Positions 12,300-23,080 of a stretch of 64,000 nt of DNA are shown here, piece by piece. The notes beneath the pieces were generated by a model. It was not told where the DNA came from. It searched no databases and worked only from the letters and a program-made list of their open reading frames with translations. The stretch lies in contig MU055263.1 of assembly GCA_013239625.1 (NCBI GenBank), positions 5,179,886 through 5,243,885 on the forward strand. The letters are read 5' to 3'. How positions within the stretch are numbered: the first letter of the stretch is position 1; every line of letters starts with the position of its first letter. The position numbers were made by a program, and so were the translations under genes. This DNA is from Lama guanicoe (lineage: Eukaryota).

Positions 12300-13355
12300 G
12301 CTTTAAAGCAGCAAAATGTTTAACACAGTCTGAGGCAGCCCTAAATGAGCATAGAGGAAGTATTTAAGACAATTGTATTGTAAATGGGAGCGAGGTAAAG
12401 GGACACAGAGGGACAAACACTCCACACTTCACTTGAACTGGTAACGTGTGACACCAGCACACTACACAGGTTATGTGTGCATAATGCAGCACCTGGAGCA
12501 ACCGCTAAAAACCCCGTGCAAAGAGACACACTCGGAAACACTAGACGGATCAAGAGGGCATTCTAAAACAAGTTCAAAACTCACCAGGAGACAGGAGAAA
12601 GGAAACAGAAAACAGAAAGAAATGCCAGATCTAAGCCCTAACATATCAATAATTATGTCATATGTATATGGTCTAAATATGCCAATTAAAGGACAAAGAC
12701 TGACAGAGTGGGTTAAAAACCATGACTCAGCCGTATGCTGTCAGCAAGGAACCCACACCGAGGACGAGCAGGCTGAAAGTCAAAGGGTGGGAAGAGATGT
12801 ATCGTGCGGGCGTCCATCAGAGGAAGGCGGAGGTGGCCACAGCAACACCAAAGCTGCCCGTGGAGCGGAGAAGACGACCGGAGGCAGAGAGGGACGTGAT
12901 GTAGCAACAAAGGGCGATCCCCCGAGGAGACACAGACGCCCCGAATCGCCACGTGCAGTGCTGTAAAGCAAGTAGAGAGGGAACTGAGGAAACCGAGGGC
13001 CATATAGGCAGCTCCGCATATGCAGCTGGAGACCAGAGCTCTTCTCCCAGCAAATGATGGAAAACTGGATAGAAAGTCAGCAAGGATATAGAATAAGCCA
13101 ACACAACCCCAGCCAGTGAGACGTAATCTGCCCTCACCCCAAACAGCAGAATAAGCATCCTTTTCAGGCGGCCGTGAAGCACACACCAAGGCAGACAACG
13201 GGATGGGCCTTGAAAATAGTCAACGAATTTAGGAGAACAGGAATTGCAACCCCGCGCACTAAACTGCAGAAGAGTAATAAAGAGACACTAGGAAGACTTC
13301 CAGCCGTTTTAAGTGAAACCACTCGTTTCTAAATAATCCGCAGGCCAAAGGTGAC
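12300..13355 (+). mobile_element. Old L1 (L1M): inter-ORF region and ORF2 endonuclease domain, degenerate
   Basis: ISIIMSYVYGLNMPIKGQRLTEWVKNHDSAVCCQQGTH corresponds to the L1 EN N-terminus (ISIITLNVNGLN.PIKRQRL.EWIKK.DPTICCLQETH); frameshifts and stops follow. Confidence 0.9.
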
Positions 13356-13642
13356 GTTCTTGAGGTTGAATTATTAGAAATTCAACACAGAAGCAGGTAT
13401 GTTTCAAGGAGCTAATGGCTTTCACGAGGATGATGATCAGGTTTTCATACTCACTCAAGGAAATTAAAAAAATAAAAGAAAAGGAACAAAATCTCAGTAA
13501 GGTTTGGAACAAATCTATCTGTGATAGCCAGGGTCTTTTTAAAAACTGCCATTCAATATTTGGCATATGCTGTTTAATGTTTCCTTTAAAATTTATTTCC
13601 TAATAAAATCTTGTAACAAAACCCAGAAACAAACAAACAAAC
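13356..13642 (+). pseudogene. Candidate processed-mRNA 3' fragment (retrocopy) interrupting the L1; parent unidentified
   Basis: Non-L1 AT-rich block; open frame 13378-13467 KFNTEAGMFQGANGFHEDDDQVFILTQGN*, about 135 nt UTR-like sequence, AATAAA 13602-13607, then A-rich (AAAC)n tail. Confidence 0.45.
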
Positions 13643-14754
13643 AATGTAACCTACCACCTAGAAGAATTAGAAGAAGAAGAGCAAACAAAGCCTGGCCAGC
13701 AGAAGGAAATAAATAATAAAGACCAGGGAGAAAATAAACAAAACCGAGACTTTAAGAAATAGACAAAATCAGTCCAACCAAGAGCTGGGTTTTGGAAAGA
13801 GGAAACAGAATTGGCAAACCTCTGGCCAGGCCCACCAAGAAGGAAAGAGGGAGGACCCGAGTGAGCAAAGGAAGGCATGAAAGAGCAGGAAAAGCCAGCA
13901 CCCTGACACGGAGACTCCCGGGAGATGACTGTGCACAACCGTACGTGACACACCGGGCCCCCAGGAGAGAGGAGGGGTCCCTGGAAACACACCGTCTGCC
14001 AAGACGGAACCAGGAAGAAACAGACAAGCTGAGCAGACAGAAAACTGCTGGAAGTGAAGCAGAGTCTGTGGTTTGAAAAACTCCCCGCAAACAGAAGTCC
14101 GGGACCACGTGGCTTCACCGGGGAGCTCTACCAAACAAGTGGGGAACTCACACCAGTCCTTCCCAAACTCCCCCAAAAGACTGAAGAGGAGGGAGCACTC
14201 CCGAAGGCATTCCACGCAGCCACCATCACCCGGATCCCAAAACCAGGCGAAGCACCACCGAAAGGGAAAATGGCAGGCTGATGTCCTTGACGAATATAGA
14301 TGCAAAGATTCTCAGCAACATCTTCACAGCCCGAGTGTCCACTGACGGATGAACAGATGAGCAAAATGTGCTACAGTTGACCCTGAACAACACAGGGTTA
14401 GGGGCACCCACCCCCCTTGAAGGTGAAAAATCCATGTGTAATTTTACGGTCATCCCCCTGTGTTCATGGTTCTACAGCACGTGGTACTGTGGTGTGGATT
14501 TACTGAAAAAAATCCAAGTGTCCAAGGGCCCACTGTATACACATACAATGGAGTGTTACTCAGCTGCAGAGAGGAAGGAAATTCTGACATGTACTACGAG
14601 GCATGAAGGAGCCCTGAGGACACTGCTCAGTGAAACCACAACAGGACAAACACTGTATGATTCCATGTACATGAGGCACCTAGAGCAGCCAAACTCATGG
14701 AGGCGGAAGAGAATGGTGGTTCCTAGGGGCTGGGGTGAAGAGGGGTGTGGAATT
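13643..14754 (+). mobile_element. Old L1 ORF2 continuation, internal deletion near 14330, then 3' region
   Basis: ctagaagaattagaagaagaagagcaaacaaagcc; aagagctgggttttggaaag; SPGPRGFTGELYQT...LPKAFHAATITRIPKPG; gaatatagatgcaaagattctcagcaa; then jump to gagtgtccactgacggatgaacagatgagcaaaatgtg. Confidence 0.9.
14374..14535. mobile_element. Tigger2-family MITE nested in L1
   Basis: TIRs cagttgaccctgaacaac ... gtgtccaagggcccactg with TA on both sides (14372-73, 14536-37); excision restores L1 aaaatgtg.ta/tacacatacaatgg. Confidence 0.85.
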
Positions 14755-14892
14755 NNNNNNNNNNNNNNNNNNNNNNNNNNNNNNNNNNNNNNNNNNNNNN
14801 NNNNNNNNNNNNNNNNNNNNNNNNNNNNNNNNNNNNNNNNNNNNNNNNNNNNNNNNNNNNNNNNNNNNNNNNNNNNNNNNNNNNNNNNNNNN
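14755..14892. other. Assembly gap (138 N)
   Basis: Run of N. Confidence 1.
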
Positions 14893-15105
14893 ATGTTAAA
14901 GGTGTTTTCCCACACACACAAAATTGAAAAACCAAGTCCCAGACGTTACTAGCGTTGACTGCGTCCCCCCGGACATGGAGGAAGAGTGTATCTGAGCGCA
15001 CCTGGCTGAAACGGCGGTGGGCTGTCAGGCTTTGCTGGAGCCTTGGTGAAGTGCCCGCAGACCCCACAACCTGTGCTCGCCACGTGTGCTCACCACATGG
15101 CTTAA

Positions 15106-16185
15106 TTTTTTTTCTATTTTCCCCTTTATTTTGTTAAGTAAAAATTGTATGCATTTAAGGTGTAACACGTGAGGATTTGATATACGCACACGTAGTGAAG
15201 GGATCACAACCATCAAGCTAAGGAACACATCACCTGCTCACGGTCACCACTGTTTGTGTGATGAGAGCACCTGAAGTCCATTCCTTACCAGATGCCCAGT
15301 CTTCAGCACAGAACGGCTAACTGCAGTCACCACGCCGCGCGGTGGGCCTCTGAACTCTGCGCCCTACCTGACTCCGGCTTTGCGCCCTTGGGCTGGCATG
15401 CCCCCGTGTCCCCGCCTCCCCACCCATGGCGACCCCTGTTCTCTCTGCTCCGTGCACTGGACTTTGTCAGAGCCCACCTGTAAGCAGGTCAGCCTTTTCT
15501 CGCACTCAGCACGATGTCCTTCGGTCTTGTCCGCGTTGTCGCAGATGGCAGGGCCTCGCTTTCTGAGGCGGAACAGCACGTCATCGTGCGCACGATTCTC
15601 TGGCCGTTCACCCTCCGCGCACGCTTAGCCTGCTCCCGCGCCGTGGCCGCCGCGAAGGGCGCCGCAGCGCACGCGGGGAGCCGCGGCGTCCGGGAGGCCT
15701 CCTGCGGGTGCAGTCTCGCCCGGGGCCCGGGGACCGCAGCGGAGCCCGGTGTTGGTCTCCGGAGCAGCGTCGCGCGGTTCTCCTCAGGGGCCGCGTGTGC
15801 TGGCTCGCATTCCCGCCAGCGGCGCGCCGGGCTCCCCTCCCTCCGCACCGGCACCGGCGCGCGCTGCCTTCCATGTGCGGTGACAGCCGTCCCGCCAGGC
15901 GTGAGGTCACCTGCGATCTGGTTTGGGTTTGCATTTTCTTGATGATTAACGGTGTTGAGCACTTTTTCACGTACAGCCGTCTTGTCTTAAAAAATGTCTG
16001 TTCAGGCCCCCTGTCCATATTTGAATCCGGCTGTTTGTCCTTTCAGCTGCCGAGTGGCACGAGTTCCTCACCGACTGTGGGTGTCAGCCCCTTGTGAGAG
16101 ACACGGTTTGCAGATATTTTCTTCTGACCTGCAGGTTGCTCTCCACTTTGTCGACGGGCTCCTTTGCTGTGCAGGAGCTTTGTGG
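15106..16185 (-). mobile_element. L1 3' end (L1MA9-like) with strongly GC-converted centre
   Basis: aaaaattgtatgcatttaaggtgtaacacgtg...catcaagctaa matches the L1MA-type 3' UTR; ggtttgcattttcttgatgattaacggtgttgagcactttttca and ggtttgcagatattttctt match the ORF2 3' part. Confidence 0.85.
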
Positions 16186-19100
16186 GTGCTGCCCAGCGTG
16201 TCGCCTTCTGCACACAGCTGTCTGGTCGTAGTGGCCCCTCAGGTGCGCTCCCCAGGGGAGAGAGCCTGCTGGCAGCCGAGCGGCCCAGGCCTCTGGGCGG
16301 GTAGGAGTCTCACGTGGGTGGACACACTGGCACGTTGGCTACGTGGCTGTCTCCTGGGGGTAGAGCCGGAGTCGCCCTTGTGCCCGCTCCCTTCTGAGTG
16401 CCCTGAGGACACAGGGTCTGGAGCTGAGGGCTGAGGACCGGGCTTGGGCCGCAGCGCCCACCCCCCGCCCCGTGCTGCTGCCCCCTGTTCTCCCCGGGCA
16501 GCCAGCCACCCGCGCCCCCTGCCTTTCTGTCCTGGCTTTCTGGCTTTAAGTGAGACAGTAATGTAGAAGGTTGGCTCCGAGGGAGCACTGCAGCCTCCAT
16601 CTTTAATCCTAAAAACAGAGAAACCTGCCTTTGGGACCGCACCTCGCAGCCCGTGGCTTGCTTCCTCGCGATCTGAGAACTCTGTGCCACAGTTGTAATT
16701 CTTTTCTGTTCCGAGATGCCTGGCAGCCACACTGTGTCTAACAGAGACACGTGCACAGATCATATGTAACTATGATGTATTTCCTTCTTTCCGTGTCTTT
16801 TTCTGTTTTCGCCCGTGTCCTGACACGTAGAGACGCAGACTCTGATGCTGATTCTCTGCTCAGACTCTGCCAGTTAAGAGTCTTACCACATCACTCTTAC
16901 CTGTCCCGGTCTATATGTACATGTCACATTAAGTTCAAACCTGGCAGCTCTCCTCTTTGACACGTACTGATGTGTAAGAGGCTCACACGGGGACCAGTGA
17001 GAAGGGCGGGTTTCCTGGTGGCAGGAGCCATTCAAACCTCCCCTGCCCGGGAGCGTGTCCTGAGCAGGCGCCCCAGGGCCTGGGGACTGACTCACTGACC
17101 AAGGCCTTCTGGGGCTTCAGGTTTTTCTCACCCGGAAAGCAGGATCACCACCAGCGCCGCCATGGATAATTCACGCTGCCTGGACTGCTCCCTGGTGAGC
17201 AATAAAGTAACGGGAACTGACAAAATTGATTTGTGGTGAATTTTTAGTGAAGCCAAGTTCATGACAAGTGAGCAAGGGCAAGCAGGGCTCAGAGGAACGT
17301 GACCACAAGGACGGCCAGCCCGCAGCTCCCCTGGGAGCATCGCCACCTGGCCAGCAGCACAGCCAGGCTGCAGGCCCTACGCCAGGCTCCTCTTCCACCC
17401 GGGGTCTCCCGCTGAGAAGTCACAGCCACCTGGGCTCGCCAGGCCAGCTCTCCAGCCAGAAGGGTGGGCAAGGCTCCAAGCATTTCAGGAAGCATTTGAA
17501 TTGCTAGATAATTAGAAACCCGATAACCAGATCGCTGGACATACTTTTAGCTGCTCAGCAGAGCGCTGAGGAAGAAGGGCTTCAGTTCCGCGAGCTTTGA
17601 CGGCTACGTCAGGGCTCCCTCATTAAAGGGAGAGGCACCGGCATCACGTCTAATCCTGCCACTAATCTCCCTCCACGTGCACGACGCTGCCTGTTACTGT
17701 GTAATCATTAAATGTAGAACATTAAACTGGACATTTGACTGTATCGATCACCTTATGGACTCAGGATGTAGCAAGCCGCTGTCTGCCAGGACGGACGCAC
17801 TGGCCGGGTCGTCGCTGGGAGAGCCGGAGCCAACACGGCGCTGACTGTCACTCTGGTGCACTGTTTGCATCAGTGTGCCATTCTCCTCCTCCTCGAGTGT
17901 TGTGTATTTATGGTTAGTTTCTATGTAAAAACTCAAAGAGCAGACTTTGTCCCCTTAAATCGGATGGGCGGTTTTCTGTGTGGATCAGAAGCTTCGCAGT
18001 CTAAGTGCAGAGACTCAGTTTTGCAGACGCGAGCGTTTCCCCTGTTCTAACGCCAGGCAGCGTGGGACTGGTACCTCGTCTCCCTCCAGCTCAGCTCTGC
18101 TACTTGCACAGTGGCCATGCCTGTCCTGGACCTCCTCCTCCCTCGCTCTGCTTGTTCCAGCACTGCTGTTCGGTTCCGTTTGCTAGAGAGTGTGGAGCCT
18201 TCCCTCCGTTCCAGGTGCTGTGTAAGCTGTGGGGGCACCGAGATGGGCGTGACAGAGGCCCCGCCCTCAGGGGGGCTAGCCATCGCATGCAGCCTGCCCG
18301 CCGGGACCCAGAGACACTGCGCGGAAGAGGGCTGATCCGGTAGAGGCGTGGGCGACACCTGGAGCCCAGCGGCCTCCGGCTTTGCTCTGATGCAGGTCGG
18401 GACGCTGTTAAATCCGCAGCTAGCAGCAGGCTCGCAAGCCTCCCATATTCTGGGCATGGGGAACAAGATAGAAGGAAGGGTTAGTTTTAAATGCCATCCT
18501 GGAACAGCAAAAAGGCTGCTCTGAGAGTTCACCTCGTCCAGAACTTAGCAGCTGACCTCGTGAAAGGTCTCTAATGCAGACCAGAGATTCCTGGAGCTCT
18601 TTTCTTGGGGCTGATTTGTAGAGAAACCCTGAGTGTTGCTCGGCCTCGCCCCTGTTGTGGTCAGGCCGTGGATCCGCGGTGGCGCGGTGTGTCCTCCCGC
18701 ACGTAGCTCTTGCCATTCTGAATTTCACACTCCACATGGGCAGTGACCGTGACAAGCGTGTGTGCTTTAAACTCTTTCTTCCCACCCCTTGGTGTCTCTG
18801 CATTCAGTAGGTGCTCAATAAATGATATTAGAAGCCTCTTTGAGGTAGAGGGTGGTGGCCCACTTGAACAACCCAGTTTCCATGAAGCTGAGTTCTAAAT
18901 TTCAATTAGAACAGTTCTGACACGTGGGAGGCGCGCATCTAACTTCTTTCGGCTTTTCTGGGACAGAAGAGCTGCGATAATGGGGGCTTGGTGGCTGACT
19001 GCGTGAATGAGTGAGGCTGAAATCCATCTAACTTAAGCGTCTTTCCAGCGTTTACGTGGGACACAGCATGGGGCCATGGAATCCCGGGTTTTGGTCTCAG

Positions 19101-19578
19101 TGGCCCTAGGAAGTGACCCCACTGTTCTAAATAAAGTGTCGGGGACAGATTTCAGGGAAGGCACTTCTCACTTACCTCCTGCCACTCTACCGCTCTGTTT
19201 TGCCTTGAGCTGGGTACGCCAGTAGTTAGCATTCACAAGGGCAATTAAAAGATAAGGCAGGGGAAGCAAACTGTGTTATCCAAGACTGTCATCCCGGGAA
19301 TTCACAGACCACATGAGAGCCTACATCTCCTCACTCCTACCCAGCCCAGCTCGACAGCCTTCATGGCTTCTCACTTCACGCTTCTGCTGTAGGGAAGAAA
19401 ACACGAATGCACTTCATGAATTTGGCTAAAACCTTTGCTATTAACTTGTCATGAGTTAGGCTTTGGAAAGTACTTGTGAGTGAGAAATAATTTCCAAGTA
19501 AATCTGGAGTATGTTTTTCTGTACCATTACAGAACTGAGAAGATAGTCTTTTGGACTAAAACTCCACAGATCTTCAGG

Positions 19579-19789
19579 NNNNNNNNNNNNNNNNNNNNNN
19601 NNNNNNNNNNNNNNNNNNNNNNNNNNNNNNNNNNNNNNNNNNNNNNNNNNNNNNNNNNNNNNNNNNNNNNNNNNNNNNNNNNNNNNNNNNNNNNNNNNNN
19701 NNNNNNNNNNNNNNNNNNNNNNNNNNNNNNNNNNNNNNNNNNNNNNNNNNNNNNNNNNNNNNNNNNNNNNNNNNNNNNNNNNNNNNNNN
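19579..19789. other. Assembly gap (211 N)
   Basis: Run of N. Confidence 1.
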
Positions 19790-19864
19790 CAATTCTGATT
19801 GACCCTCTCTCCCTCCCTCCCTCTCTCTCTTTCTCTCTTTCTTTCTTTCATTCAATTCTGATTG
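19790..19864. repeat. Pyrimidine tract flanked by 12-bp direct repeats
   Basis: caattctgattg at 19790-19801 and 19853-19864 around (CCCT)/(CT)/(CTTT) repeats. Confidence 0.8.
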
Positions 19865-20024
19865 GAACCAGTGAGCTCTTCCCCAGAACAGTGATGGTGC
19901 TCATAAAAACAAGACTTTGGCTAAACTTTCAGGGCAGAGGATAGACTCCCAGGTTAGGGGTCACCTCTGGGCCTCTTGCAGGGCCAAGCGCTGCTCTGAT
20001 GTTAACAGTTTTCTACTTTAACCC

Positions 20025-20185
20025 TGTCAGCTCTGCCAGCTGCCAGCTGTGTGTCCGCAAGCAAGCTGCTTCAGCTTTCTGAGCCGCTGGAAACGGAGGA
20101 ATGGTAGCATCTCCCTGCAGAGGGCCGGGGGCCTGGGCGTGAGGAGCGAGGGCAGGGCGGGCGCCTAGCGCGGGCCGTTAGGCAG
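20025..20185 (+). mobile_element. MIR SINE, GC-shifted 3' half
   Basis: ctctgccagctgccagctgtgtgtccgcaagcaagctgcttcagctttctgagcc. Confidence 0.65.
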
Positions 20186-20941
20186 CGGCAGTGCGTCTGC
20201 TGCGCCCCCGGCGAAGGGAACAGACCTCAGTTGTTGTCTCACCGCAAAGACAAGGACTCAGACCGGAGGTGAACGCGCTATCAGCAGAGGGGCAGCCCAC
20301 CTCCGAGAGCGCAGGCAGGCGGGCCCAAGGGCGGAGGCCGTGGCCTCTGCCGGCCTCGCCTCCCGCGCTCTCCCAACTGACTGACGGCTCTGCCCCCGAG
20401 GCTGAGTCCTGCCCGTCCCCTCTGCGCGCGTCCCTACCCGAGACGCACACGGAGACACGCGCGGACGGGACCGTCTGCGCCCCTCCCTCTGCGCTGCCCC
20501 GGCCTCGCCCCTGCTGCCCCCGGCTTCCTCGCCTTCCTGCTTCTGTTGTTCAGTCTTACGTGATACACTCGGACGTCCTCCTTTTTGTTCAAAACCTTTC
20601 TGCTGTTTAGAAGCGGCACCGTTGCGCCTGTTGTCAAAGCGGGGTTCACTTCTAATTCTCCAGATTTGCTACGTCTACGGTAAAGCCTCAGCCACGTCGG
20701 CGTGGCCTGGAGTTTCCCACTTTAAACCTTTCCTGAGGCTGGAAGTTAATCTTCCCTCAGGCAGTGCCTAAAGGGGATGCGGACCGAGTGATCTGCGGAT
20801 CAATTAAGCAGGGACGGAGCTTCGGGGAAGAGCCGTGTCTGCACACGAGGCCGCGCCACGCGGGCGGAGTGCGGGAGCGGCGCCGCGACGCCAGGGCAGC
20901 GGGCGACCCGGCCGCCGAGAAGGGCCGGCAGAGCGCGGAGG

Positions 20942-21396
20942 GCGGAGGCCGGCAGCCACGGGGCCCGCGGACACACACACAGGGGCTTGTGGTTTCTCCT
21001 GAGAAAGCAGAGTACCTGGCAGCGCCGAGCTCCCGTCCCCACGCGGCAACAGCGGAAGCGGGAGGCCCTGTCGCCGGGGGCGCGAGCGCTCAGCGCACCG
21101 CCGCTCCGGCCACGCGCGCAGGTGACGGGCGCGTGCGGGCCGCGCCTCCCCTGCGCCTCGCGCCCCTGAGCGGAGGCCGGCAACCAGCGGGCCCGCGGAC
21201 ACACACACAGGGGCTTGTGGTTTCTCCTGAGAAAGCAGAGTACCTGGCAGCGCCGAGCTCCCGTCCCCACGCGGCAACAGCGGAAGCGGGAGGCCCTGTC
21301 GCCGGGGGCGCGAGCGCTCAGCGCACCGCCGCTCCGGCCACGCGCGCAGGTGACGGGCGCGTGCGGGCCGCGCCTCCCCTGCGCCTCGCGCCCCTG
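20942..21396 (+). repeat. 228-bp tandem duplication (2 copies) of a GC-converted MER102-like hAT element
   Basis: 20942-21168 repeated at 21170-21396; ttctcctgagaaagcagagtacctggcagcgccgagctcccgtccccacgcggcaaca aligns to recalled MER102 ttctcttgaaaaatcagaagatctggcaacactgggcccacattcccacatggcaaca; ends in cccctg. The duplication is certain, the family call less so. Confidence 0.8.
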
Positions 21397-21459
21397 CTTC
21401 GCGGAGCCTTCGGAGATGCGCCTCTCTCTCGCTCTCTCCCCACCACCTCTCTCTTCGAA

Positions 21460-21556
21460 CACATACACGTATACATTTATGTGTACGTGTGATAACATTT
21501 ATGTGTGCGTGAATGGTATGTAATATGGATGTGTATGTGTATAAATATATATATGC
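21460..21556. repeat. Degenerate (TA/TG/CA) low-complexity tract
   Basis: acatacacgtatacatttatgtgtacgtgtg...gtatgtgtataaatatatatatg. Confidence 0.7.
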
Positions 21557-21689
21557 AATCTGAGTTGAATTTATTTGAGGCAGATCGTGTTGGCTCTGTT
21601 ACAAAAGAGAAGATGTGACTTCGGGTGCAGCTGAAGAGACAGTAAAGAGTGTTACCTGAACTTGCCTGCCTGACGTGGCCCTAAAGGAG

Positions 21690-21880
21690 CAGCCCTCGCG
21701 TGGACGGTTTTCTCCCCAGAGGACACCTGCCACTGTCTGGAGGTGTTTTTGGTTAGCACCCATGAAAGGCCAAACGGAGACCAAAGATGCTGCTAAACGT
21801 CTTACAACATATAGGACAAAACAGAATTATTTGGTCCAAAAATGTGCAAATGTCAGTAGGGCCGAGGCTGAGGAACCCTG
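21690..21880 (+). mobile_element. MER20 (hAT-Charlie MITE)
   Basis: ccccagaggacacctgccactgtctggaggtgtttttggtt...gatgctgctaaacgtcttacaac...aaatgtcagtagggccgaggctgaggaaccctg. Confidence 0.9.
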
Positions 21881-22069
21881 ACCTGAGGGCTTCAGCCGAG
21901 CTCGTGAGAGCACGGAAGCTTGTCCCTGCTGGGGAGCCAGAGACGCCTGCCGCCCGCCCGCCACCTGCAGCCGCGGCGGGGACACTGAGCTGCCAAGCCT
22001 CCCCTTCTCTCCCGCCCCGGGACAGCCCATGAACGTTTCAGGAGGTGAGAGGCAAAGGAGAACCGAAAG

Positions 22070-22625
22070 AGTGGACTCCCTGCAGATTCTCGCCGTGGGA
22101 ATTCTCAAAGGCTGCACTTTTGGAAGAAGAAAATCCAGAAGGAAGGTCTGAAATGCAAGAAGAAGTGTGGGAACGTTGAAGAGGCTAGCAGTAGATAAAA
22201 CAGCAACACCTACTTTAGGGAATTAGAGAAGTAAGAGTGAGGAAACCTCCCAGGCGACAGCAGCATATAAATGGAAGACGGAAATGATCAGAGTGTAAAA
22301 ACGCTAAATTTCAAAATTGGTGAGATGCAGCTAACGCGATACTTGGGAAAAATTTATAATCTTGAATGCTTGTATTGTTTTTTTTAAAATGGCTGAAAAA
22401 AAGAACTGAGTCACCAACAAAACTGTTCAGGAAGTAAAAAATAGAATAAAACAAAGGCAAAATATTTAAAAAGTGATAACGAAGGTAAACGCAGAACTTA
22501 GCAGCTTCAGAGGATTTCCAGGTGAGTTCTACCACATGTTCAAGGAATGATGGTTCCAACTTTACACGAATTATTTAGTGAGTAGGAGAAAAAGGGCCAC
22601 TCCCAACTCATTTTATGAGGTGGGT
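22070..22625 (+). mobile_element. Ancient L1 (L1MC/ME-like) fragments
   Basis: aatccagaaggaaggtctgaaatgcaagaag (ORF1 end) and caggtgagttctaccacatgttcaaggaa...actcccaactcattttatgagg (ORF2). Confidence 0.65.
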
Positions 22626-22849
22626 TTGTGTCTGTGCGTCTGTGTGTGTAAATATATTCATGTTTGTGTTTCTATATTTTCTTCTAAAAATTGTGAAGTT
22701 CTGCGTTACATTTTTAAGTCCTTGCTCTATCTGGAACTAATGATAATGTGTGTGAACACATTATATGTGAAGGTGTTAGTATAGAGTCTTAGCACCATAT
22801 GTTGAAGTGTGTGTGTGTGTGTGTGCACCACACGCGTGTGCATGGACAC

Positions 22850-23080
22850 ATGCAAGGCCCTGTGCAAGGTGCTATGAATCCAGAGACGAAGAGCAGTGAG
22901 TCGCTTCTGTAAGGGTACTCAGACTAGCAGAGGTGCAAACAACTGCATCGGCGATAACAGGAGAAGCCATCATCTGCTTGGGAGGGCCAGAGAAGGCAGG
23001 CTTCAGTGAGGAGAAGATGCGTCTTTGAGGATCAAAAGGAGTTTGTCAAATGAAGAAAGCTGGGGAAGGAGTCAAAAACA
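22850..23080 (-). mobile_element. L2 LINE fragment
   Basis: gcaaggccctgtgcaaggtgctatgaatccagagacgaa...ggcttcagtgaggagaagatg...aggagtttgtcaaatgaagaa. Confidence 0.65.

Noticed and set aside
12448-14345. ORFs with endonuclease/RT-like motifs as a functional gene
   Set aside because: Fragmented, frameshifted L1 ORF2 with the RT core deleted
14368-14952. ORFs spanning X runs (also near 19.5-19.9 kb and 50.8-51.5 kb)
   Set aside because: Extended artificially through assembly gaps
20764-21498. Long overlapping ORFs (242 aa +, 232 aa -) with an internal 76-aa repeat
   Set aside because: Product of the 228-bp duplication in GC-rich, stop-poor transposon-derived DNA; open on both strands, no recognisable domain
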